This document shows positions 12,209 to 20,581 of a stretch of 64,000 nt of DNA, piece by piece (the first letter of the stretch is position 1; each line of letters opens with the position of its first letter). Position numbers and translations under genes: made by a program. The stretch spans positions 5,502 through 69,501 of the forward strand of contig DASYQE010000066.1 in NCBI GenBank assembly GCA_036005805.1, in the 5' to 3' direction. Origin of the DNA: Candidatus Polarisedimenticolia bacterium (GTDB lineage: Bacteria > Acidobacteriota > Polarisedimenticolia > Gp22-AA2). Under the pieces are notes generated by a model that searched no databases, had not been told where the DNA came from, and saw only the letters and a program-made list of their open reading frames with translations.

Positions 12209-13313
12209 CGCCGTCGAGGTCGTCGATCGCTCGGGGTTCCCGGCCCTGGAGCAGGAATGGAACGACCTCGTCGTCACGACGCGCGACGAGCCGTTCTATC
12301 GCCATGAATTCCTGCGTGTCTGGATGAAGCACTTCAACCCGGGGAGCAGGCTGGAGGTCCTCACGACCCGGGACCGGAACGGGAAGCTGGCGGCGGCGTT
12401 TCCCCTCATGAGGACCCGGGGCTTCATCTGCGGACTCCCGGCGCGCCTGGGGACTTCGACCGGCAACTCCCACTCCTGCCGCTTCGACATGCTGGCCGAA
12501 GACGGCAGCGCCGCCGGCAGGACGTTCTTCGCCCACCTGGCGGCCGACAAGGGCTGGGACGTGCTCCGGATCGCCGATGTGCCGGACGGCGGCAACGCCT
12601 GGCATCTCTATCGCGCGGCCGAGCAGGCCGGCTTTCCGGTCGGGACCTGGGAATCCCAGAACAGCCCCTACCTGCCGCTGCCGTCCTCCTATCGGGAACT
12701 GCAGACCGGGTTGAGCACCGGCTTCAAAGCCAATCTTCGCCGCAAGCGGCGGCGACTGGAGGCGATGGGCACGGTGCGCGTCGATCGCGTCACCGGCGGC
12801 CCCGACCTCCAGGCACGCCTGGACGAGGGCTTCGCCATCGAGCGGAGCGGCTGGAAGGGGAAGCAGGGAACCGCGATTTCACAGAGTGCGGAGACCTACG
12901 GGTTCTATTCGGAGCTGGCCCACACCGCCGCCGCCCGCGGCTACCTGTCGCTGAGCTTCCTCATGCTCAACGGCAAATCGATCGCCTTTCATTACGGCCT
13001 CACCTATGGCGGCGTCTGCTATGTGCCGAAGCTCGGGTACGACGAGGCGTACAAGGAATGCAGCCCCGGCCTGCTGCTCATCGAGGAAGGGATCCGGGAC
13101 TGCATCGCGCGCGGGGTGAAGGGCTTCGACTTCCTCGGGCTGCCCGGAGGATGGAAGACGCGGTGGAGCCGGACCATGCGCCGGCACAACTGGCTCTACA
13201 TCTTCCGCGACTCCCGATTCGGACAGGCCCTGAGGACGACCAAGTTCACGCTGCTGCCGGCGGCGAAGCAGGTGCTGCGGGGCTGGAGAGGACGCCGTGG
13301 AAGCGACGACTGA
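12177..13313 (+). CDS. CelD/BcsL-like (FemAB-related) GNAT-fold acyl/aminoacyl-transferase, copy 2 (tandem paralog)
   Basis: It carries EWNDLV...EPFYRHEFLRVWMKHF, LRRKRRRLEA, ERSGWKGKQGTA and GFDFLG. Its start overlaps the end of copy 1 by 32 nt. Confidence 0.7.
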   Translation: MPAPRSSAATDAVEVVDRSGFPALEQEWNDLVVTTRDEPFYRHEFLRVWMKHFNPGSRLEVLTTRDRNGKLAAAFPLMRTRGFICGLPARLGTSTGNSHSCRFDMLAEDGSAAGRTFFAHLAADKGWDVLRIADVPDGGNAWHLYRAAEQAGFPVGTWESQNSPYLPLPSSYRELQTGLSTGFKANLRRKRRRLEAMGTVRVDRVTGGPDLQARLDEGFAIERSGWKGKQGTAISQSAETYGFYSELAHTAAARGYLSLSFLMLNGKSIAFHYGLTYGGVCYVPKLGYDEAYKECSPGLLLIEEGIRDCIARGVKGFDFLGLPGGWKTRWSRTMRRHNWLYIFRDSRFGQALRTTKFTLLPAAKQVLRGWRGRRGSDD

Positions 13314-14454
13314 ACCGACGGTTTTCGTCCCGGCGTTCCCGACGCTCGCCCCGGAGATGCTCCTGCGCCGCGCGGGACGCCGCGAGCACCCTTTCTCCTC
13401 CCCCACCGTGCGCTATTTCTACTTCGCCCGCAACGCCATCTGGCGCACCGTCAAGATGCTCGGGCTCGATCGCGGCGAGGTCCTCGTCCCCGCGTACCAT
13501 CACGGGGTCGAGATCGAATCGCTTCTCGATGCCGGCGCCCAGGTCAGGTTCTATCGTATCGGCGGCCGCTTCGAAGTGGATCTCGACGACGTGGAACGCA
13601 AGATCACCTCCAGGACCACGGCCCTCTACCTGACGCATTTCGGCGGCTTCCCGGGACCCGTGCGCGACATGAAGCGGCTGGCCGAGAAGCACGCGCTGCC
13701 CCTGATCGAAGACTGCGCCCTGGCGCTGTTCTCGCGTGACGGCGATGGGCCGCTGGGCATCACCGGCGACGTCGCCATCTTCTGCCTCTACAAGGTCCTG
13801 CCGGTCCCGCACGGGGGAGCGCTGGTCTTCAATGGTCCGGGGACGTCCGGCCTCTCCGACCTCCGGCCGCCGCCGCTGCTCTCCTGCACGTTGAGCCTCA
13901 TGTCTTCGTCCCTGCTCCGCAATGTCGCGTTGCGCGGGGGCAGGGCCGGCCGCCGCCTGCGCAGGGCCGCGCTCGGCCTGGGGAAGAGCTCACTCAAGGC
14001 GGCGAACATCACGCCGGTCCTGACCGGCACCCAGCACTTCGATCGGGCGCACCTGGGGCTGGGATTCAGCCGGCTGAGCCGGCGGATCGTGCTCGGACAG
14101 GATGCGGAGGCGATCATCGCCACGCGCCGGCGCAACTATCTCTTCCTGCTGGACCGCCTGCGCGACCTGTCCGAGCCGGTCTTCCCCACCCTGCCCGCGG
14201 GCGTGGTCCCGCTCTTCTACCCGATGCTGGTGCAGGACAATCGCGCCACCGTCGCGCGCCTGCTGGCCCGCGGCATCGAGGCGGTCGACTTCTGGCGGGA
14301 CTTTCACCCCGCCTGTCCCGCCGCCGAATTCCCGGAGGTCTCCCGGCTCCGCACGGGCATGATGGAAGTCCCCTGTCACCAGGATCTGAGCCTCGCGACC
14401 ATGGAGAAGATCGCCGCGAGCGTTCGCGACGTCCTGTCCAGCACGGACGCGTGA
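13297..14454 (+). CDS. DegT/DnrJ/EryC1/StrS-like PLP-dependent aminotransferase
   Basis: VLVPAYHHGVEIESLL, the small-domain pattern and a candidate PLP-lysine block VAIFCLYKVLPVPHGGALVF resemble sugar aminotransferases and dehydratases of this family. The GTG start overlaps the upstream gene by 17 nt. Confidence 0.65.
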   Translation: MEATTEPTVFVPAFPTLAPEMLLRRAGRREHPFSSPTVRYFYFARNAIWRTVKMLGLDRGEVLVPAYHHGVEIESLLDAGAQVRFYRIGGRFEVDLDDVERKITSRTTALYLTHFGGFPGPVRDMKRLAEKHALPLIEDCALALFSRDGDGPLGITGDVAIFCLYKVLPVPHGGALVFNGPGTSGLSDLRPPPLLSCTLSLMSSSLLRNVALRGGRAGRRLRRAALGLGKSSLKAANITPVLTGTQHFDRAHLGLGFSRLSRRIVLGQDAEAIIATRRRNYLFLLDRLRDLSEPVFPTLPAGVVPLFYPMLVQDNRATVARLLARGIEAVDFWRDFHPACPAAEFPEVSRLRTGMMEVPCHQDLSLATMEKIAASVRDVLSSTDA

Positions 14455-14466
14455 GCGGGACGAGAT

Positions 14467-15144
14467 CTACTCCCTGTCGACCATTTTCAGGGGTTGATCC
14501 AGCGTGAGGGTCAGATCGGTGCCCGCGGGGATTTTCAGCTCCTTCCCCTTGGTGCCCGCGACGATCGCGGTCCCGATCCCGCCTCCCACGACGGCGCCGA
14601 TGGCGGCGTCCTTCGTGCCGCCGCCCAGGATCTTCCCGAGCAGCGCACCGCCGGCGGCGCTGCCGCCGATGATGCCGGCGGTCTTGCCGGTCGAGCTGGC
14701 CAGGCTGGTGAGGGACGCCGACAGCGGCTCGCTGTCGCCGCGGGGTGTCGTGACCCGGTCGAAGGTGAGAACGACCGACCCGCCCTTCTCCGAGATCTTC
14801 ATTCCCTTGGTCCCCGGGATCACTTCGGCCACCCGCCCGCGGATGGTGCTGCCCGACGGGATGGCGACCTTGCCCCCGACCAGGGTGTCATTCGTGGTCG
14901 TGGCGGTGAGGGAGTCCCCCACCTGGCTCGTCTCGGATCCAACGGGCGTGGAGAGGGTCACGTGCACTTCCGTCCCCTGCGGGATCGTCAGCCGCGCCAC
15001 GGCGACGGCCTTGGGCGCACTCGGCGTGGGGGGCGTGGGGAGCGGCTGCGGCGACGGCTGTGCGCCGCAACCCAGCAGGCCTCCGAAGAGAACACTCGAG
15101 AGGGCGACTCCGAGGCGGATACGGCGAACGTGGAAGGGATTCAT
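14467..15144 (-). CDS. glycine-zipper lipoprotein (outer-membrane lipoprotein-like)
   Basis: It has a signal peptide with lipobox LFGGLLGC, a Pro-rich linker, and a C-terminal glycine-zipper GIIGGSAAGGALLGKILGGG...GAVVGGGIGTAIVAG. Confidence 0.6.
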   Translation of the reverse strand: MNPFHVRRIRLGVALSSVLFGGLLGCGAQPSPQPLPTPPTPSAPKAVAVARLTIPQGTEVHVTLSTPVGSETSQVGDSLTATTTNDTLVGGKVAIPSGSTIRGRVAEVIPGTKGMKISEKGGSVVLTFDRVTTPRGDSEPLSASLTSLASSTGKTAGIIGGSAAGGALLGKILGGGTKDAAIGAVVGGGIGTAIVAGTKGKELKIPAGTDLTLTLDQPLKMVDRE

Positions 15145-15235
15145 GATCGCGCTCCTTTGGTGGCGGGCTTCCTGACATCCACGACGAAGATCATCATACC
15201 GACTCCTGGATCGGCGCCGGCGGGCCCTGCGGGTC

Positions 15236-15640
15236 CTACACGCGGGAGTGTTCCCGCACCTTCGCCGCGATCTGGCGGTCGGTCATCTTGTCGGCCGTTT
15301 CCACCGCCACGACGCGTCCTCTCAGGCGGCCCTCCTCGAGACGACTCTGCAACTCCCCCTTCGCCTCGCCCGGACCGAAAATCAGGATCGCTTCGGCGTC
15401 CCCGAAGGCCGCGATGACTTCGTCGTAGTAGCGTTGGAGATGAACCGTGAATTCCCGCTGGCGGCGGTCATCCGCCTGGACCTTCTGCGCTTCGTAAGGG
15501 GTGGTCGAGCGGACGCCGGCGATCCGACCCGCGTGCTTCTCGACGTTCGATTCGATGACCTTCGATTCCTCCCCCTGGTCCGAGATCCTCGTCATCACGG
15601 CCTTGCGATGGTCGATCCACACGCCCACGATCGTCTTCAT
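15236..15640 (-). CDS. small cytoplasmic protein (134 aa), possibly eRF1/Pelota-C-like ('host attachment'/baeRF-like) fold
   Basis: An internal ATG at 15640 is preceded by AGGAGG. This ATG overlaps the upstream stop codon (ATGA, 15637-15640). The LIFGPGEAKGEL block is reminiscent of release-factor-like domains. The fold assignment is tentative. Confidence 0.55.
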   Translation of the reverse strand: MKTIVGVWIDHRKAVMTRISDQGEESKVIESNVEKHAGRIAGVRSTTPYEAQKVQADDRRQREFTVHLQRYYDEVIAAFGDAEAILIFGPGEAKGELQSRLEEGRLRGRVVAVETADKMTDRQIAAKVREHSRV

Positions 15641-17238
15641 CGATCCTCCTTTGCCTCGTCGTCCCTGGACAGCGCCGCGAAATCGACCCCCGCGTCCTTC
15701 CCATCGGTCGCGGCCTGCGCGTAGCGGCTCGTGGTCGCGAGACGGTAATCCCCGCGTCTGCGGTCCACGAACCCGACCTGATCGACGGATTTCGGGAAGA
15801 AGTTGCCGGGGGGATAGGCCGAAGCGCTGCCGCCCACGATGACGTTCCCGTCGAACCGCGCTCCCGGGAAGAACGCGGCGAGGGTGCTGCGGCCCGAGGC
15901 CTTCCCCGCGCCGGTCACGCCGTACTCGTTGTTCAGGACGATGTTGTCGCGGAACGAAAATCCCGCGTGGGCCGCCCCGTCCGCCGTGACGGTGTTCCCG
16001 GTGTGCAGGCAGGTGTTGTGCTCGAACACCAGGTCCGCCACGCCGTTCAGGAGCTGGAGCATCCGGCCTCCTCCTCCCCAGCGCGACCCGTCCACGTCGT
16101 CGAAGAGGTTGTTGCGGATGGCGAGGCGTCGCGTGGGGCCGCTGGGCGCGGCATCGTCCGTTCCCAGGACATTGATCCCCGACCCGGTGTGCCGCACGAT
16201 GTTGTTCGTGAACGTCACGTCCTCGACCGCGGACCACGGGGACGCGCCGTCCTGGTTCCGGACGGTGAACAGGATGGCGAACCCGGACTGCGCCTGGGCC
16301 CAGTTGTTCTCGAAGACGTTCGCATCGACGAGGACGCGGCGGGCGTTCTTCAGCTCGAAGAGGTTCTTGACGGTCCAGGCCGTCCCTTCGTAGGCGGAAT
16401 CCCCCTGCTTCCAGGACAGCGGCTTGCGCAGGAGATTGCGGCGGATCTCGATGTCGGACGGAACGAGATCCCGGATGGCCGGGTCCGCTCCTCCGAAGAG
16501 GAGATTCTCACCCGCCGCTTCCAGGGTGTTGTTGACGATCTTGAACGGGCCCGAGCCGTTCCAGCCGGCGATCGCCTGGGAGTCGGCGCCGGCCTCCTTG
16601 AAGTCCGCGAGGGTGGAGTCGACGATCGCGATGTCCCGGCCGTTGAGAGCGATGCCGCGCCGGGTGCCACGCCTGGGGTCGCCGTGCAGGTAGCAGCGGT
16701 CGACGACGATGTGGTGGGGCAGCGCTTGAAGCGACGGCTCGGACGTCCCGAGTGCGACCAGGTTGTAGAGGAACGTTCCCGCCTTCGGTTGGATCTCCAG
16801 GCCGACGAGGCGATAGTGGTGAGCGCCGGGCTCCGCGGTGATCACCGACTCACCGGCCGATTCGAGCCGGGGCATGAGGGGCGCATGCGAGGGATCGACG
16901 CGATTCCCGGGCGCCGGGAGCCTGTCCTCGGCGCTCGTCCGGATCGTGATCCATCCGCTGCCCGTCTTCCTGGGGAGCGTGAAGGGCCCGGCGAAGGCGG
17001 CCCCGGCGTCGAGGACGATGGCGTCGCCGGGGCGCGCCTCGTCCAGGATCCTGCGCAGCTCGTCGCCGTTGTGCGCCCGATGAATGGCGCCGGTGACGGG
17101 GGGCGCCGCGACGTCCACGAAGGATCGCGGCAGGGCCGGAGCGGCAGGCTCGCCGCACCACGCCGTCCGAGCCGCCGCGGCCTGGACGAACAGGGCGGCC
17201 GCGACCACGGCGAGGAACGGCCTCGGACGCCTGGTCAC
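15637..17238 (-). CDS. secreted right-handed parallel beta-helix (pectate-lyase-fold) protein
   Basis: The N-terminal signal is RRPRPFLAVVAAALFVQAAAA. PbH1-like turns recur: NNTLEAAGENLLFGG, FTNNIVRHTGSGINV, IRNNLFDDV, FEHNTCLHTGNTV and FRDNIVLNNEYGV. The GTG start overlaps the methyltransferase stop (GTGA, 17235-17238). The track ORF 15637..18162 is an artefactual upstream extension. Confidence 0.75.
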   Translation of the reverse strand: MTRRPRPFLAVVAAALFVQAAAARTAWCGEPAAPALPRSFVDVAAPPVTGAIHRAHNGDELRRILDEARPGDAIVLDAGAAFAGPFTLPRKTGSGWITIRTSAEDRLPAPGNRVDPSHAPLMPRLESAGESVITAEPGAHHYRLVGLEIQPKAGTFLYNLVALGTSEPSLQALPHHIVVDRCYLHGDPRRGTRRGIALNGRDIAIVDSTLADFKEAGADSQAIAGWNGSGPFKIVNNTLEAAGENLLFGGADPAIRDLVPSDIEIRRNLLRKPLSWKQGDSAYEGTAWTVKNLFELKNARRVLVDANVFENNWAQAQSGFAILFTVRNQDGASPWSAVEDVTFTNNIVRHTGSGINVLGTDDAAPSGPTRRLAIRNNLFDDVDGSRWGGGGRMLQLLNGVADLVFEHNTCLHTGNTVTADGAAHAGFSFRDNIVLNNEYGVTGAGKASGRSTLAAFFPGARFDGNVIVGGSASAYPPGNFFPKSVDQVGFVDRRRGDYRLATTSRYAQAATDGKDAGVDFAALSRDDEAKEDR

Positions 17239-18083
17239 GAGGCGCTCGGAGCGGGGCGCCCGTGCAGGACGCAGGTGCTCGCCAGACGCTCGAAGCCGGG
17301 GAGGGACGTGATGAGCCAGTCGAAGGTCGCCAGGGCATTCACGATGGCCCGCCGCACGATGGGAGATCGCTCGTAGTTGAATCGCACCAGGATGAGCCGA
17401 TCGAGCCGGCCCAGGACGGAAAAAGGGCGCATCACGAGGTCCGGGACGTAACGGCGGACGAGGTCCAGCTCCGCCCCGACCATGGGACGCTCTCCCGGAG
17501 TCGCCTCCGTCCGGATCGGGATCATGCGCCGGAGGCTCCGGAGCGCCGGGCTCAGGTTGATCGGTTCGGAGAAGATGAGCACGCCCTCGGGCCTGGCGCA
17601 CCGCGCCAGCCGGCTCAGGACCCGATCCAGGTCGTCGAGCACGTGATGCAGGATCCCCTCGCCCCAGACGATGTCGAATTCCCCGTCGGGCAGGGCCGCC
17701 TCCTCGACCGGGGAGCACAGGAAGCGGACCCGGTCCGCGACGCCGTTCACCTCGGCCCGCCGCCGCGCCACCTCGATCGCGCCCGGGGACACGTCGATCC
17801 CGGTGACGCGCGCCCCCATCTGCGCCAGCATCACGGAGTTCTGCCCGTCCCCGCAGCCCACGTCGAGCAGCGTCTTCCCCTCGAGAGAGCCGAGGATCCT
17901 GAACCGATACTCCTTGTTGAAGCGCTTCCTCAGAACCGGCCGCGCGTAGCGCTGCAGCGCCAGCGGATCGATCGGCAGGTGGGTCTCTTCGATCCGTCGC
18001 GCGGCGCGATCGAAGAAGGCGGCCTCCTCGCTCCAGCGCCGTTCCCGGGTCTTGGTGACGTGCGTTGCGGTCGAGGTGGTCAT
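17235..18083 (-). CDS. class I SAM-dependent methyltransferase
   Basis: Motif I is LLDVGCGDGQNSVMLAQMGARVTGIDVS, followed by post-I and motif II blocks (FDIVWGEGILHH). I chose ATG 18083 (G-rich SD upstream); the track start at 18131 is possible. Confidence 0.8.
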   Translation of the reverse strand: MTTSTATHVTKTRERRWSEEAAFFDRAARRIEETHLPIDPLALQRYARPVLRKRFNKEYRFRILGSLEGKTLLDVGCGDGQNSVMLAQMGARVTGIDVSPGAIEVARRRAEVNGVADRVRFLCSPVEEAALPDGEFDIVWGEGILHHVLDDLDRVLSRLARCARPEGVLIFSEPINLSPALRSLRRMIPIRTEATPGERPMVGAELDLVRRYVPDLVMRPFSVLGRLDRLILVRFNYERSPIVRRAIVNALATFDWLITSLPGFERLASTCVLHGRPAPSAS

Positions 18084-18310
18084 GTCCGATCCCCCCTGCG
18101 CTTCTGGATGATGGCGGCGATCCCAGGACACGAGTCTGGGACCGCGCCGCCGCCCGCCACAATCCGGCCGCGCCCTAATTCGGACTCAGGGCCCCCCTGA
18201 AGGCGGCGACCTGCACCGTTTCAGGGACGCCCCGACGCGCACGCCCGATCGAAGCGTGTTCGAATGCGCCCCTGTTACACACGTCACCTGATTGGTGAAA
18301 AGGAGAACGC

Positions 18311-18691
18311 ATGCAGAACAAGAGCCTGAAGAGCACCGCAGTCTCCCCCGTCGTCTCGGCCTCGAAGATCATCGGAGAAGCGGTGATCAATCGCGACAAG
18401 GAAAACCTCGGCAAGGTTCAGGATCTGGTGATCGACACCGAGCTGGGGTCGGTGGCCTATGCCGTCCTGTCCTTCGGCGGCTTCCTGGGGATGGGGAACA
18501 AGCTGTTCGCCATTCCCTGGCAGGCCTTCGAGTTCTCGGCCACCGAATACAAGCTCATCCTCAACGTCAACAAGGAGAAGCTCAAGAACGCCCCCGGTTT
18601 CGACCCCGAGAAGATGCCCAACTTCGCGGACAGGTCGTGGGGAGAGAGCGTGCACAGTTACTACGGGTACCGCACCGCCTGGAACAATTGA
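18311..18691 (+). CDS. PRC-barrel domain protein
   Basis: GKVQDLVIDTELGSVAYAVLSFGGFLGMGNKLFAIPW is the classic PRC-barrel pattern. The SD AAAGGAGAA lies upstream of the ATG. Confidence 0.8.
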   Translation: MQNKSLKSTAVSPVVSASKIIGEAVINRDKENLGKVQDLVIDTELGSVAYAVLSFGGFLGMGNKLFAIPWQAFEFSATEYKLILNVNKEKLKNAPGFDPEKMPNFADRSWGESVHSYYGYRTAWNN

Positions 18692-18702
18692 GCACTGGTC
18701 CG

Positions 18703-18744
18703 GGGAGCGCTGTCGATCCCGAGCACCGGATCGACAGCGCTCTC
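18703..18744 (+). terminator. strong hairpin downstream of the PRC-barrel gene (terminator-like)
   Basis: A perfect 15-bp stem, GAGCGCTGTCGATCC / GGATCGACAGCGCTC (18705-18719 / 18728-18742), has an 8-nt loop and starts 12 nt after the stop codon. No clear U-tract follows. Confidence 0.45.
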
Positions 18745-18892
18745 GGGCATGCTCTCCCGCCTCCGCTTTCAGGACGCGCCCGACCGCAGATTCAGAAAGT
18801 CTCCGATTGTGACGGGGAATGCCGATCACCGAGCATGGTATCCGCCACTCGGGGGATCCGAGGAATCGCCCCCGGTGAGGAGGGAACGAGAG

Positions 18893-18976
18893 ATGAACCT
18901 GACAACAATCCTGATCATTGTCGTGGTCGTGATGCTCCTGGGCGGCGGCGGATTGTATTGGCGTGGCCGGGGCTAA
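18893..18976 (+). CDS. tiny single-TM membrane peptide (27 aa)
   Basis: MNLTTILIIVVVVMLLGGGGLYWRGRG is preceded by GAGGAGGGA 7 nt upstream. It has one hydrophobic helix and a basic tail, like small stress-induced membrane peptides. It is short, so it may be non-coding. Confidence 0.4.
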   Translation: MNLTTILIIVVVVMLLGGGGLYWRGRG

Positions 18977-19004
18977 CCGGTCGGCATTCATGAGGGAGGC
19001 TGAC

Positions 19005-19412
19005 ATGAAACAGTTCGCGTGGGTGGCGGCACTGGTGCTGGTGTTCGGTCTGGCGGCATTCGCCAGCGAGAAAGTCGCGGCGCTCGACGGCACGAGCTGG
19101 AAGGTGGATGTCGAGCCGGACTCCATGGCGAAGGAGAAGGGCGAAAAAGCCTACAAGGAGGTCCTGACCTTCGCGGACGGGATGGTGTCCATGAACGAAG
19201 GCCAGAAGGTCGGATTCGCGTCGGCGCCCTACGATCTCGCGAAATCCGGAAACAAGGACTGGACCTTCAAGACCGAACTGTTCAGCACGTCCATGGGACA
19301 GTCGGTCTGGACGGGGACCATTCACGAGCACAACATCGAAGGCAAGATGATCACCACCAAGAAAGATGGCGCCGTCCTGACCTACACATTCAAGGGCAAC
19401 AAGCTCGACTGA
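19005..19412 (+). CDS. secreted hypothetical protein (about 135 aa, lipocalin-like size)
   Basis: The signal peptide is MKQFAWVAALVLVFGLAAFA. The SD GAGGGAGG lies upstream of ATG 19005. The protein is Lys/Thr-rich and looks beta-rich. I recognise no named motif. Confidence 0.6.
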   Translation: MKQFAWVAALVLVFGLAAFASEKVAALDGTSWKVDVEPDSMAKEKGEKAYKEVLTFADGMVSMNEGQKVGFASAPYDLAKSGNKDWTFKTELFSTSMGQSVWTGTIHEHNIEGKMITTKKDGAVLTYTFKGNKLD

Positions 19413-19476
19413 CCCCCGGGACCCCACGGTCCCGGATCGTACCCCCCACTCCGCCCCACCAGGTTCCCACCCCCAG

Positions 19477-19512
19477 GGCCCTGCGCTGGCCACCAGCGCG
19501 GGGCCTTCTCTC
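19477..19512 (+). terminator. candidate intrinsic terminator after the 19005..19412 gene
   Basis: A 13-bp stem (GGCCCTGCGCTGG / CCAGCGCGGGGCC, with one G:U pair) and a 3-nt loop are followed by TTCTCTC. A second 8-bp hairpin (CCGGGACC/GGTCCCGG) lies at 19416-19435. Confidence 0.45.
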
Positions 19513-19724
19513 GTCGCCCGTCGCGCGCCTCTCAGGGATCCTCACCCCGAGATTCAGCGGCCGCCGGATATCTCCCCGTCGCGTCCTGTGCGAACGTCCG
19601 GATCGCAATCGTGGTGGCGCGCCCCCGTCCGGGGATCGCCGAGGGTGGGCCCCTTCCCCGAGCCGGGTCCCGCCCGAGGTGCCAGGGTTGCATTCCTGCA
19701 GAGCTCCGGAGAAACCGAGACAGC

Positions 19725-20507
19725 ATGATGACCACACTGACAAGCCGTGGTTTGACGATCGCCCTGGGGCTGAGCCTCATGGGGATCGCGCTCTCCGCCA
19801 CCACCGCCTCCGCCAACTCCGGAGCCGGCCAGGTCCGGGCCGACTGCTCCTCCCAGGAAATCGCGGAAGTTCAGGCCATCCTCGAGCGGGCGGGATACCT
19901 GGCCCCGGACGAATACGCGACGGGGGAGAATGACGAGTTGACCCAGGCGGCGCTCCGGAGCTTCCAGGCGCATCACCGGCTGCCGCCGACCGGTCGGGTC
20001 GACCACGAGACGATGGCCCAGCTCTCGAGCCATGCGGGGACGAACGACCGTGACGGGGACAGGGTGGTGGACGACCTCGACTGGTGCCCGAACACCCGGC
20101 CGGAAACGCAGGTGGACGCGCATGGCTGCCAACTGGTGGCCCGTCGCGACTCCCTGTTCGACGGGAGAAGAAGCGTGAATCTCGAAGGGGTGACGTTCGA
20201 CACCGGCACGGCGCACCTGACGCCCGACGCCCGGGTGGTCCTGGACCGCGTCGCCGGGTCGCTGATCTCGTCGCCCGACACCCGGGTTGAGGTCAATGGA
20301 TACACCGATTCGAGGAACACCAGCGCCTCCAACCTGGCTCTCTCGCGGGCGCGTTCGGCGGCGGTGTGCGAATATCTCGTCGACCAGGGGGTGGCCTCAT
20401 CGCGCTTGCAGGAGCATGGCTTCGGCGAGTCCAACCCGATCGCCGATAACACCACGGCCGCCGGGCGCGCGACGAACCGGCGCGTCGTCTTCATCCGGAT
20501 CGACTGA
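19725..20507 (+). CDS. OmpA-family protein with a peptidoglycan-binding-like N-domain and a thrombospondin-type-3-like Asp repeat
   Basis: The signal peptide is MMTTLTSRGLTIALGLSLMGIALSA. A PG_binding_1-like block is LTQAALRSFQAHHRLPPTGRVD. A Ca-binding-like block is DRDGDRVVDDLDWCPNT. The OmpA_C motifs are VNGYTDSRNTSASNLALSRARSAAVCEYL and NRRVVF. Confidence 0.85.
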   Translation: MMTTLTSRGLTIALGLSLMGIALSATTASANSGAGQVRADCSSQEIAEVQAILERAGYLAPDEYATGENDELTQAALRSFQAHHRLPPTGRVDHETMAQLSSHAGTNDRDGDRVVDDLDWCPNTRPETQVDAHGCQLVARRDSLFDGRRSVNLEGVTFDTGTAHLTPDARVVLDRVAGSLISSPDTRVEVNGYTDSRNTSASNLALSRARSAAVCEYLVDQGVASSRLQEHGFGESNPIADNTTAAGRATNRRVVFIRID

Positions 20508-20581
20508 AGAACCGCTTCGGGCCGGCGTCGGGGCGCTTCCACCGCCGACGGCTCTCCTTCCATGGGATTTCTGAGACGCCG

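Noticed and set aside
18163-18310. Possible tRNA or small RNA in the spacer upstream of the PRC-barrel gene (contains GTTCGAATGC).
   Set aside because: I could find no cloverleaf. The string is not a GGTTCGAATCC T-loop flanked by a complementary acceptor stem. The region is more simply a promoter or 5' UTR.
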